NCBI GenBank assembly: GCA_963758295.1
Contig: CAVWUU010000004.1
Location: 768,001 to 832,000, forward strand
DNA from: Candidatus Eremiobacteria bacterium
GTDB lineage: Bacteria > Vulcanimicrobiota > Vulcanimicrobiia > Vulcanimicrobiales > Vulcanimicrobiaceae
DNA length: 64,000 nucleotides
Direction: 5' to 3'
Shown here: piece by piece, positions 28,669 to 37,891 of the stretch
How positions within the stretch are numbered: the stretch's first letter is position 1
Layout: every line of letters starts with the position of its first letter
Program-made: the position numbers and the translations under genes
The notes under the pieces: model-generated
What the model saw: only the letters and a program-made list of their open reading frames with translations
The model's database searches: none
What the model was told of the DNA's origin: nothing

Positions 28669-29784
28669 TCATTGCTCCGTCATCATCGCACGATAATGTC
28701 TATCGAAAGCGGCAAGCAATCCTTCCGCGTTCGCATACGGTCCCGGCGCGTACGCCTTCGATCTCACGCCGGCTTGCGTCAATTCGCTCACGTGCCAATC
28801 TTGACGGTTCGTCAGATCCCAAAAGTCGACCGCGTCGCTGGGATCGAACTCGGGCGCTTCCATCGTTTTCGGATCGAAGAGCCACAAGCAATCAATCTCC
28901 GTTCGACTAACGCTCCGCGGGTTGACGTAGTGCACCATTACATAGTCGGGATGCAAGCTCAATAACATCGACGGGAAGATCGTGTAGTAATAGATGCGAT
29001 CCAGCTCCGCGCCGCTCACGTCGCCGACCGGCGGCCGCGATGTTGCGCCCGACGTCGTCAAGCTTGACCCATGCTTGCGCAATTCCGAGTATCCGCCGAG
29101 GAAGGGACCATCCTCGAGATCGTTGCGGCCGCTCTCCGAAGGCGAAAGCTTGTCGAGTTGCGGGTGGACGAGCGGGCAGTGATAGCACTCGGAATAATTT
29201 TGGAAGATGAGTTTCCAGTTCACGCCCAAGTCGTAATGAACCCTCCGCGCCGTGCGCAGCTCGCCGATGTGCCAACGCGCAAACCGGTTTAGCAGCGGCG
29301 CGAAAGCAACTTCAAACGGCCCCGGGTCGTCACTTATGTTGACGAAAACAAAGCCTTCCCAAAGTGCAACGGCGGCATGCTGCAAAGGATAATCGCCGGT
29401 AGAGAATCCCGGAACGTCGTTCATGTTGCGCGCAACTTTCAACGCACCGTCGAGGCCATACGTCCATGCGTGGTACGGACACTGAATCGAACCGCTGAAG
29501 TGCCCGCTCGGGACTTCGCACATCTTCGTGCCGCGGTGACGGCAGACGTTGTACAACGCGCGTACAGTATTGGACGCGTCGCGCGTCACAATGAGATTTT
29601 CGCCGGCGACGTCGGCTAAAAAGTAGTCGCCCGCCTTGGGAATCTGCTCCTCGCGTCCGGCGCATAGCCAGTCGCGCGCAAATATGCGCTCGCGTTCCTG
29701 CACGAACACTTCGGGCGAGACGTACCAGCGCGCGTCGAGCGTATGCGCGCCGGCTCCGACGGTAGGTTTGACGAAGGTGGCCAT
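28669..29784 (-). CDS. Rieske non-heme iron oxygenase alpha subunit (glycine betaine/choline oxygenase-like)
   Basis: NVCRHRG...CPYHAW Rieske motif; NWKL..NYSECYHCPLVH; QD. Confidence 0.92.
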   Translation of the reverse strand: MATFVKPTVGAGAHTLDARWYVSPEVFVQERERIFARDWLCAGREEQIPKAGDYFLADVAGENLIVTRDASNTVRALYNVCRHRGTKMCEVPSGHFSGSIQCPYHAWTYGLDGALKVARNMNDVPGFSTGDYPLQHAAVALWEGFVFVNISDDPGPFEVAFAPLLNRFARWHIGELRTARRVHYDLGVNWKLIFQNYSECYHCPLVHPQLDKLSPSESGRNDLEDGPFLGGYSELRKHGSSLTTSGATSRPPVGDVSGAELDRIYYYTIFPSMLLSLHPDYVMVHYVNPRSVSRTEIDCLWLFDPKTMEAPEFDPSDAVDFWDLTNRQDWHVSELTQAGVRSKAYAPGPYANAEGLLAAFDRHYRAMMTEQ

Positions 29785-29918
29785 GATTCGCTCCCTAGCC
29801 GAATATTGTTCGGAAATTCGTGCGAAGGGACCGCTATCCTTCGGGGCGTAAGTCCGTTTCACCGAATGTCATTCGGAGAACCTGTGCCTCGCGGCGTACA
29901 ATTGTGAGGGAGGCGCCT

Positions 29919-31439
29919 ATGGCGGCCGGCGGCCGGCAGTCCTTCACTGCCGGGCTTTTTGCAACCGCAAACCTCGAGATGCTCCGCTCACTTGGAGAGC
30001 GGCGCATCTTACGACGCGCCCTGGGCGGACTCGACGTCTTGTCCATCGGCCTTGGCGCAATGATCGGCGGCGGCATCTTCACCACCATCGGCCCGGGCGT
30101 GAAGATGGCCGGCCCGGCAATTCTCCTCGCTTACGTCTTGGCAGCCGCGGCGTGTTTCTTTGCTGCTCTTGCCTACGCGGAACTCGGTTCGATGGTACCG
30201 ATTGCCGGGAGCGCCTATACCTACGCCTACGTCACGCTCGGCAAACTCATCGCGTGGCTCATCGGCTTTTCGCTCGTCTTCGAATACGGGATCAGCGGCG
30301 CGCCGATCGCGCAGCAGTTTTCCGGCGGCATTCAAGATTTACTACGTCAAGCTTTTGGATGGCACACTCCCTACTGGATGCAGCGCTCGCACCTCCTCAT
30401 CAGCGGACCGTGGTGGCAACCCTCGAGTTGGGATCTAGTGCATTCGCAATACGACGTCGTCGGCGCGGCCTTCATCATCGTGCTGGCGACTCTTTTGACG
30501 ATCGGCATTCGAGAAACCGCGATCGCCAATCACCTGCTCAACGTATTGAAGCTCGTCGCGCTCGCGGTCTTCATTGTCGCCGGAGTTACGCTGATTCATC
30601 CGCAGCTCTGGCACCCGTTTTTTCCACTGGGATGGGGCTCGCTCAAACCGTTTTCCGGCGGCGCAGGCGTCGGAATCATCCCGGCCGCGGCGCTCGTATT
30701 CTTCAACTACATCGGCTTCGACAGCACGACGACCGTGGCCGAGGAGTGCCGGAATCCCGCTCGAGACTTACCGTTCGGCGTGATGGGCTCGCTCGTGATC
30801 GGCACGGTGCTCTACTGCGCTGTCGCGGCCGTGCTCGTTGGTATCGTCCCGTGGCAACAGGTCGACGAAACCCATGCGCTGGCGCGCGCATTGGAACCGC
30901 TGCACAATCCGTTCGTCAACTGGGCGATCATCATCGGCGTGCTGGCGGCGACGGCGAGCGTGGCTATTTCCGCCGTACTCGGGCAAACGCGTATCTTCTA
31001 CGTAATGGCACGTGACAAGATGCTGCCGCCCGCTTTTGCGACCGTCAACCGCCGCTTCAAGACGCCGGCTCGCATGACGGTATTCGTGGGGCTTTCCATC
31101 GCAATTCTGACGCTGATCGTTCCGCTCGATAATCTTTTGACGCTGGTGAACATCGGGACGCTCTTTGCGTTTGCCGTCGTTTGCGGCGGAGTTATTTACC
31201 TTCGATATAAGCGCCCCGATATTCCGCGCGGCTTTACCTCGCCGTTCGTGCCTTGGTTTCCGCTGCTCGGAATTTTGCTTTGCGCCGCGCTCGCGGTTTA
31301 CGGCCTCGACCTGACAACGTGGGCCTGGTTCATCGGCGCGCTGCTCCTGGGTCTCGTTATTTTCTTCAGTTACGGATATCGCAAGTCGAATCCGGACGAA
31401 ATCGTGCCGGTCGAAGAACCGGAAGCACTCCTGGACTAG
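29919..31439 (+). CDS. APC family amino acid permease
   Basis: GAMIGGGIF, YAEL...GSAYTY, YIGFD, EECRNP; about 12 TM segments. Confidence 0.92.
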   Translation: MAAGGRQSFTAGLFATANLEMLRSLGERRILRRALGGLDVLSIGLGAMIGGGIFTTIGPGVKMAGPAILLAYVLAAAACFFAALAYAELGSMVPIAGSAYTYAYVTLGKLIAWLIGFSLVFEYGISGAPIAQQFSGGIQDLLRQAFGWHTPYWMQRSHLLISGPWWQPSSWDLVHSQYDVVGAAFIIVLATLLTIGIRETAIANHLLNVLKLVALAVFIVAGVTLIHPQLWHPFFPLGWGSLKPFSGGAGVGIIPAAALVFFNYIGFDSTTTVAEECRNPARDLPFGVMGSLVIGTVLYCAVAAVLVGIVPWQQVDETHALARALEPLHNPFVNWAIIIGVLAATASVAISAVLGQTRIFYVMARDKMLPPAFATVNRRFKTPARMTVFVGLSIAILTLIVPLDNLLTLVNIGTLFAFAVVCGGVIYLRYKRPDIPRGFTSPFVPWFPLLGILLCAALAVYGLDLTTWAWFIGALLLGLVIFFSYGYRKSNPDEIVPVEEPEALLD

Positions 31440-31457
31440 AAAGGTCTCCTTACGGAA

Positions 31458-33041
31458 ATGGCAAGCAAATACGACGCGATCATCATCGGCGGCGGGCACA
31501 ACGGCCTCGTGACCGCGTGTTACTTGGCAAAAGCGAAGTGGAAAGTGCTCGTGCTGGAACGCCGCTACATTGTCGGCGGAGCTTGCGTCACCGAGGAAAC
31601 GTTCCCCGGTTTCAAAGTTTCGACTGCAGCGTACGTAAACAGCCTCTTCCGCCCGGAGATCATTCGCGATCTCAACTTGAAGTCGTACGGTTTTGAAGCC
31701 ATCGAACGCAATCCGGCGTCGTTTTCTCCGTTCCTCGATGGCCGGTACTTGATGCTCGGTCGCGATCGCACGAGCGACGTCGCGGAAATCGCGAAATTCA
31801 GCACACGCGATGCAGAAGCATATCCACAATACGAGGCAATGCTCGAACGCGTCGCGGCCGTCATCGAGCCGACATTGACGCAGATTCCGCCGAACGTACT
31901 CAAGCCGGGCCTCGGTGATCTCCTGAACATGGGGAAGATGGGCCGCGCGATGCAAAAGATGGGCCCGGCGATGAACGAGGCGATCGAAATGCTCAGCGGT
32001 GCGGCACGCCCAATCCTCGACCGCTGGTTTGAATCCGAAGAGTTGAAAGGCACGATTGCTACGGATGCGATCATCGGCGCGTTCATGGCGCCTTCCATGC
32101 CCGGCACCGCTTACGTCCTTTTCCATCACGTTATGGGTGAAACCAACGGCAAGAAAGGCGTGTGGGCCTACATGCGCGGAGGCATGGGCGGCTTGACGCA
32201 ATCGCTCGCGAAGGCGGCGAAAGATTTAGGCGTGGAGATTCGGACCGAAGCCGAAGTCGCTAAGATCCTTACGAAGAACGGCGCCGTAACCGGCGTTGCA
32301 CTGACCAATGGCGACGAGTTTCATGCCAAGAAAGTGGCCAGCGGCGTCGACATGCATCTGACGTTCGAGAAGTTTCTCGATCCGGCGACGTTGCCGGCAG
32401 ACTTCAGCGCCGCCGTCGGTCGCATAACGTACGATAGCGCCTCCGTTAAAATCAATGTTGCGCTCGATCGCCTGCCGAGTTTCACCGCGTTGCCGGGTAA
32501 CGATCCGGGGCCGCAACATCACGGAACGGTGCATCTGTGCCCGGACCAAGACTTCATCGAACGCGCGTACGACGACGCAAAGTATGGCTATCCTTCGAAA
32601 GAGCCCGTCGTGGAATGTACGATGCCGTCGTCTCTCGATTCGACCGTAGCGCCCGCGGGCAAACACCTGATGTCGATGTTCGTTCAATATGCGCCGTACA
32701 AACTTAAAGACGGCCCGTGGACGAACGAGATCAAAGAAGATTTTGCGAATCGCTGCTTCAACATCGTCGAACAGTACGCGCCGGGATTCAAAGATTCGAT
32801 AGTGGACAAGCAGATTCTGAGTCCGGTTGACATCGAGTCGACGTTTGGACTCACCGGAGGAAACATTTTCCAGGGAACGATGCCGCTGCACAATCTCTAT
32901 ATGTTCCGGCCGGTTCCCGGTTATGCAAATTACAAGACGCCGGTCAAGAATTTGTACATGTGCGGGGCGGCGGCGCATCCCGGCGGCGGCGTAATGGGCG
33001 CGCCTGGATGGAACGCTGCGCGTGAGATGCTGAAAGGATAA
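31458..33041 (+). CDS. FAD-dependent oxidoreductase, phytoene dehydrogenase/PYROXD2-like
   Basis: IIGGGHNGL, GGMG, GGNIFQG, HPGGGVMGAPGWNAA. Confidence 0.9.
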   Translation: MASKYDAIIIGGGHNGLVTACYLAKAKWKVLVLERRYIVGGACVTEETFPGFKVSTAAYVNSLFRPEIIRDLNLKSYGFEAIERNPASFSPFLDGRYLMLGRDRTSDVAEIAKFSTRDAEAYPQYEAMLERVAAVIEPTLTQIPPNVLKPGLGDLLNMGKMGRAMQKMGPAMNEAIEMLSGAARPILDRWFESEELKGTIATDAIIGAFMAPSMPGTAYVLFHHVMGETNGKKGVWAYMRGGMGGLTQSLAKAAKDLGVEIRTEAEVAKILTKNGAVTGVALTNGDEFHAKKVASGVDMHLTFEKFLDPATLPADFSAAVGRITYDSASVKINVALDRLPSFTALPGNDPGPQHHGTVHLCPDQDFIERAYDDAKYGYPSKEPVVECTMPSSLDSTVAPAGKHLMSMFVQYAPYKLKDGPWTNEIKEDFANRCFNIVEQYAPGFKDSIVDKQILSPVDIESTFGLTGGNIFQGTMPLHNLYMFRPVPGYANYKTPVKNLYMCGAAAHPGGGVMGAPGWNAAREMLKG

Positions 33042-33046
33042 GGAAG

Positions 33047-33844
33047 GTGGATTCGCGGCTGTCTACCGTCGTTCTCGACGACGGAACTGCAACGACGGTC
33101 GAACGCTGGGGCAGCTCCGGTCCGGTGATGCTGTGCGTGCACGGCATGACGAGCTCACGAAAATCGTGGATGCGCTTAGCTGCCCGCTACTGCGATCGCT
33201 TTCAAGTCTTCGCGTACGATCAACGCGGGCACGGCGACAGCGCCGCAGTTTTTGGTCCGATGACCCTTGACCGCGGCGTGCGCGACCTGGAAAATGTCGC
33301 GGCCGCCGTGGGCGGCGCCGACGTGCTGGCCGGACACTCGTGGGGCGGGGCAGTCGTCATCCGTGGCGGCTTACGCGTCGACGCAATGGCTATCGCGGCC
33401 ATCGATCCGATGATCGTACAGGTCGATAGCTCGTGGTACGACGAGTACGTGCAAGAATTACGCGAGAGCTTTGCGCTGGGCGGCTCCGAACGCGACACGG
33501 CAACGCGCGTGGAATACGCCGGCTGGCACCCTGAGGACGTCGAGGGCAAAGTTCACGCCGTACACTCCATGACGGTCGATCCGATCGCAAGGCTTTATAG
33601 CGAAAACGTCGGCGGCAATTGGGATCTTCGCGAGGAGATCGCGACGTACGGCAAACCGTTACTTCTCGCAATGGCCGGCTCCGAGGGAAGCATCGTTCCC
33701 GCGGAAGTCGTTGAGGAAGTGCAGAGCAACCATTCATCAAACGTCCGCATCGAAACATTTCACGAACAAGGCCACAACCTTTATCGAACGGATTTCGAAG
33801 CTTTCGCCTTAACGCTGGATCGCTTTTTAGCGGACGTCCTTTAA
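33047..33844 (+). CDS. Alpha/beta hydrolase
   Basis: HG, DQRGHG, GHSWGG nucleophile elbow, C-terminal His. Confidence 0.9.
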   Translation: MDSRLSTVVLDDGTATTVERWGSSGPVMLCVHGMTSSRKSWMRLAARYCDRFQVFAYDQRGHGDSAAVFGPMTLDRGVRDLENVAAAVGGADVLAGHSWGGAVVIRGGLRVDAMAIAAIDPMIVQVDSSWYDEYVQELRESFALGGSERDTATRVEYAGWHPEDVEGKVHAVHSMTVDPIARLYSENVGGNWDLREEIATYGKPLLLAMAGSEGSIVPAEVVEEVQSNHSSNVRIETFHEQGHNLYRTDFEAFALTLDRFLADVL

Positions 33845-34738
33845 ATCCGTATCCGGCTCGCGAAGCATCGAATCGGCGCCGTAGCTTGGCAACAGCAGCC
33901 GCGCGTTTGAATCCGGCGTAGGCTCGAAGCTGATCGTCAAATCGTAAAACGTGCGGTCGCGTTCCATCGCAATGGGCTTTAGCGCCGACTCGGTCAAGAT
34001 ATACAGCGCCCCGTCGCGCTTGACGAAATCGACGCTCCACGGAATTCGGTCGAACGGCGCCACGGTGAAGTTTCCGGACACGATCGCTTTGACCGGCGTG
34101 AAGTCGCCGGTCCCAACCCACAGTTCGCGCAAACGATTGCTTTCCGGGTCCCGGCGCGGCTTCAATAGCAGATGGTACGCATCTCCGCCGTCAATGGAAT
34201 CGGTTCCGGCGACGGTGATGTCGTAACGTTGATCGCGCGTGGTAACGGCCGCGATGACCGGAAGTTTGGTAGAAAGATCGGATTGTTGCGGCTGCGCCGC
34301 GGGCGGCTCGACCAAACCAAAGGAATACGCCGGCGCGAGCAGCGGCACACCGATCAAATCCGGGTCGGGGTCTTTCCGCCCGAATGGGATGCTTCTTCCG
34401 CCGCTTCCGCCTCGCGCGATAGAGATGGTGATGTCGAAATGGAAGTTAACGCCCTTCGGAACGTGCGGCGTTTGCGCTTCTTCTTCGCTCAGGGCATCGA
34501 CGCGGACGTCGTTGTCGCTTGGAATCCACTGCCCGCGATAGTGACGTGCTACGGGCTTGCCCGCTTCCGTGGCGTTCATCACGATGCCGTAGCGAACGAT
34601 CTCCGGATACTGCTGTGCCGCGCAAACGTCACGCGCGCGCTCGTAGATCGCGTAGCCGTCTAACGGCGCGGCGGCGCTCGGCTCACTCCAGCCTGCGGCA
34701 ATGAGCAGCCCCGTAGCGAGTGCAAGTCTACCGCGCAT
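33827..34738 (-). CDS. Secreted hypothetical protein
   Basis: Signal peptide; beta-rich AYHLLLKP...RLRELWV segment. Confidence 0.7.
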   Translation of the reverse strand: MRGRLALATGLLIAAGWSEPSAAAPLDGYAIYERARDVCAAQQYPEIVRYGIVMNATEAGKPVARHYRGQWIPSDNDVRVDALSEEEAQTPHVPKGVNFHFDITISIARGGSGGRSIPFGRKDPDPDLIGVPLLAPAYSFGLVEPPAAQPQQSDLSTKLPVIAAVTTRDQRYDITVAGTDSIDGGDAYHLLLKPRRDPESNRLRELWVGTGDFTPVKAIVSGNFTVAPFDRIPWSVDFVKRDGALYILTESALKPIAMERDRTFYDLTISFEPTPDSNARLLLPSYGADSMLREPDTDLKDVR

Positions 34739-34998
34739 GTATCACACCTTCTTCGATATTTAGCACCTTACTTTCTTAATAGGGCGGAATACCCAGCGCG
34801 GGCCATGTCGCTCAAAAAAAGCACCAAGGCCTGCCAGCTTAGGAAGGCGCCTTGTCCGCTCAATCCGTAGCACTCCTTAGACCTTTTTGCCTCACCGAAG
34901 TCGTGCCCGGAGAACGTAGTCGTCGTTGACTCGACCGCGCGGCTATTGCTCTCCAATCGACTTCCTCGATCGTATGGCGCTCAGGAGAGGAATCCGCA

Positions 34999-36606
34999 GT
35001 GAGAATCAAGGCATCTTTATTAGCGGCGCTCGTGGTTGTGCCGCAGATCGTCGCACCGGCTCACGCGCTCGCGCAGATGAATAACAGCCGCAACGGCTGC
35101 ATGAATCAATGGCTCTTCAACGGAGTTTGGCGCGCGCAGGTAACCAAAGTCGAGCCGGTCCTCAATAACGGCAAACAAGTCGGCTGGCAAGTTACGCAAT
35201 CGTGGCGTAACGGCACCGGCCGTGAACTGGCGCCGGCAGATTCTTCTTTACTTCCGGAGCAGCTGGTGCTCGGCAGCGGCGCAAAACTAGAGGCCGAGGG
35301 CCACAATCAGGAAGGCCTCGCATTCAATACGTTAGCGCCCTCAGGGCAATTTGCGTACACCCAGGTATTCTACGGCAACAATATGACGGTGGATCCGAAC
35401 GATAAGCCGAAGGCGGTCGAAGTCGCGTTTGATAACAAAATCGTTTCCACGTCGAACAAACCGCACTTCACATCGAATCAGTATAACTTCGATTACAATC
35501 TAACGTGCGTCGCGAGCGGCGCGGTCGCAGCTGCGCAAGGCGGCTCGACGCAATTGGCGGCCCAGAGCGGCTGCATGAATCAATGGATGTCCAACGGCGT
35601 CTGGAAGATGCGCGTAACGAAACTCACGCCGTATCCCGCCGGCGGAAAACCTGAAGATCAAAACGGCTGGCTCGTAACGCAGACCTGGGTCAATGTCACG
35701 AATATGAAAGTCTATCCGGGCGGTTTACCCGACGTCCCGAACCGCGTGGCGCCGACCAACGTAAGCGATGAATTTCTCGCGACGAAGAACGGCAATAACG
35801 CTTCGTCGTTTAATACCGTTGGCGGCTTTCATATCGGGCAGCGTAACGTTCCATTCGCACCCAACACTGCTTACACGTTCGATCAGCTCATCGCATGGAA
35901 CCCGTTCGACCGGACCGATATGCCGATTCGCTTACTCGTGACGTTCGATAGTGCGACACAGAGGAAAGTAAAGCTCGCTATTCCGGTGCCGCAATATCAC
36001 AGCCCCGCGAATTTCCGCATAGACCTAACTTGCGGAGACGGCGCCGTCGCCGTGGAGCCGCAGCAAAATGAAGCGGCGCAACGGCCGAATACGCAGCAGC
36101 AGCCAACGCCATCCGTTGCAGCGGCGCAAACGCCGTCGAGCAACAAGAACGGACTGACAGTCGATCCCTGCGCGATGCTGAGCCAGTCCGACGTGGCGTC
36201 GGCGCTTGGAGTGGGCGCGGCGACGGTTGGCAAGCCACAACATACGTCGCCGAACGAGTGTGCGTGGGCGGTGGCCTCGCATGCCGGCGCACCGGCACAA
36301 GACGTCGTTCTGGTCGCACAATCCGTTCCCACTACGGCCGCCTGTCATGGTTTGTCTTGCCTTAACGCGGTGGCCTCGGCGTTGGGATCGCATGTCGTGC
36401 CGCAATTGCCCGGCGCGTTCGCCGAGGCGTTCAACGATGCACAGATGATCTCCGGACTCGGAGACAAGGCGTCTTGGAAAGACGGAAAGCTTACGGTTCT
36501 CCGAGCGGACATGGCTTTCCAACTTCTCGTTCATGGAACGTCGTCGCGGGGGCTCGCTACATCCGAAACACTGGCACGCGACGTTCTGCTTCACGTGACG
36601 CCCTAA
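34999..36606 (+). CDS. Secreted protein with two tandem Cys-bracketed domains and a distinct C-terminal domain
   Basis: Signal peptide; GCMNQWLFNGVWRAQVTK and GCMNQWMSNGVWKMRVTK repeats; DPCAMLS...GLGDKA C-term. Confidence 0.8.
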   Translation: MRIKASLLAALVVVPQIVAPAHALAQMNNSRNGCMNQWLFNGVWRAQVTKVEPVLNNGKQVGWQVTQSWRNGTGRELAPADSSLLPEQLVLGSGAKLEAEGHNQEGLAFNTLAPSGQFAYTQVFYGNNMTVDPNDKPKAVEVAFDNKIVSTSNKPHFTSNQYNFDYNLTCVASGAVAAAQGGSTQLAAQSGCMNQWMSNGVWKMRVTKLTPYPAGGKPEDQNGWLVTQTWVNVTNMKVYPGGLPDVPNRVAPTNVSDEFLATKNGNNASSFNTVGGFHIGQRNVPFAPNTAYTFDQLIAWNPFDRTDMPIRLLVTFDSATQRKVKLAIPVPQYHSPANFRIDLTCGDGAVAVEPQQNEAAQRPNTQQQPTPSVAAAQTPSSNKNGLTVDPCAMLSQSDVASALGVGAATVGKPQHTSPNECAWAVASHAGAPAQDVVLVAQSVPTTAACHGLSCLNAVASALGSHVVPQLPGAFAEAFNDAQMISGLGDKASWKDGKLTVLRADMAFQLLVHGTSSRGLATSETLARDVLLHVTP

Positions 36607-36804
36607 GGCAACAGTGACGTGTTGCCGGCTTGGCCGCCTGAATCGCGTTCATCACTATGCGCAACGCACGATCGCAGCGAATCTCGCATGACTCCAACGT
36701 ATCGCGGATTAAATCGCGGGAACGCCGGGGCGGCCGATAGCGCCCTTTGCGCTGCCCAGGAGCCTCGTGGAGCTTGTTGAAGCGATGGAGCCGTCCCCAG
36801 ACAC

Positions 36805-36886
36805 GCCGACGTGGCTGAGTGGTTGAAGGCACGACACTTGTAATGTCGCTCGAAAGACACCGCCGGTTCGAATCCGGCCGTCGGCT
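36805..36886 (+). tRNA. tRNA-Thr(TGT) with long variable arm, no encoded CCA
   Basis: GCCGACG/CGTCGGC acceptor, CGACA-CTTGTAA-TGTCG anticodon arm, 13-nt variable region, GCCGG-TTCGAAT-CCGGC T arm. Confidence 0.85.
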
Positions 36887-36939
36887 ACGATACTTTTCTA
36901 GGCGTAACCCCAGTTCGCATGAACCCTATAGGAGGCTTT

Positions 36940-37088
36940 ATGCGCATCGGTTCGCAGGAACATAGAGAGCTCTTCTGCCGTTCGTTTATCCATACGCATG
37001 AGCCGTGCCGGCCCAAAGATCTCCCTGGCCTAAACTCGATAAAGCGTCCATCGAAGTTCTTCAATCGATTCACGGGCCTCTAGAGTGA
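36940..37088 (+). pseudogene. Remnant of ferritin-like domain gene
   Basis: GGAGG RBS; MRIGSQEHRELFCRSFIHTHEP..DLP then frameshift to WPKLD..LQSI; only about 50 codons. Confidence 0.6.
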
Positions 37089-37891
37089 AATTGCGCGGAA
37101 AGGTTGCAATTCTTACCGGTGCCGCCGGCGGAATCGGATCGGCCGCTGCACGCGCCTTCGCCCGCGAAGGCGTCATTACGATCCTCACCGATCTGCCCGC
37201 CGCAGCTCCGGTGCTCGATGCGCTGGTAGAAGACATCGCGTCAAACGGCGCAACGGCGCTCGCTATCCCTGCGGATATTACGAGCCGCCCGCAAATCGAC
37301 CGCCTCGTTGCGGAAGCGATAAGCCGCTTCGGCCGCATCGACATTCTGGTGAACGTCGCCGGAATCGGATCTGCGCCTTCGCTTTCCGAGAGCACCGACG
37401 AAGAACTGGAACGCGTCGTTCTCGTCAATCTGCTCGGAAGCGCGCGAACCATTCATGCGGTGCTGCCCATTATGAGAGCGCATCGCAGCGGCGCGATCAT
37501 CAACATCGGTTCGATCGCCAGTCAAAGCGGGGTGATGGGCATTTATTCCGCATCGAAATTCGGGTTGCGTGGACTCAGCGATAGCGTGCGCCGTGAGGTG
37601 CGCAGTTGCGGCATCGGCGTCACGCTGATCGATCCGGGGTTCGTCGCGACGCCGATGAACCCGGCGATGCAAAACCTTCCGAAGCCGGAGATCGTGGCCA
37701 ACGCCATCGTCAAAGCCGTCATTTCGCCGCGGCGTCATGTCATCGTGCCGGCCTCGTATCGTCTTCCGGTTTTTCTTGCCAAGGCTTTCCCAGCGTTCAC
37801 CGACCTTGTCTTTGGTAACGCCAGAATCCAAGACCGCCTTAATAGAGACGCCAGGGCAGCGAGAGCCACGGCAAAAACTCCGCAGCCATGA
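37085..37891 (+). CDS. SDR family oxidoreductase
   Basis: TGAAGGIG, NVAG, YSASK. Confidence 0.92.
   Translation: MKLRGKVAILTGAAGGIGSAAARAFAREGVITILTDLPAAAPVLDALVEDIASNGATALAIPADITSRPQIDRLVAEAISRFGRIDILVNVAGIGSAPSLSESTDEELERVVLVNLLGSARTIHAVLPIMRAHRSGAIINIGSIASQSGVMGIYSASKFGLRGLSDSVRREVRSCGIGVTLIDPGFVATPMNPAMQNLPKPEIVANAIVKAVISPRRHVIVPASYRLPVFLAKAFPAFTDLVFGNARIQDRLNRDARAARATAKTPQP

Noticed and set aside
30768..32201. 477-aa minus-strand ORF
   Set aside because: Antisense shadow of the permease and oxidoreductase; typical of high-GC DNA
31458..33041. Carotenoid desaturase CrtI
   Set aside because: No carotenoid genes nearby; motifs fit the PYROXD2-like subgroup
34740..34998. Riboswitch or small ORF in the divergent intergenic region
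   Set aside because: No recognisable aptamer or convincing ORF
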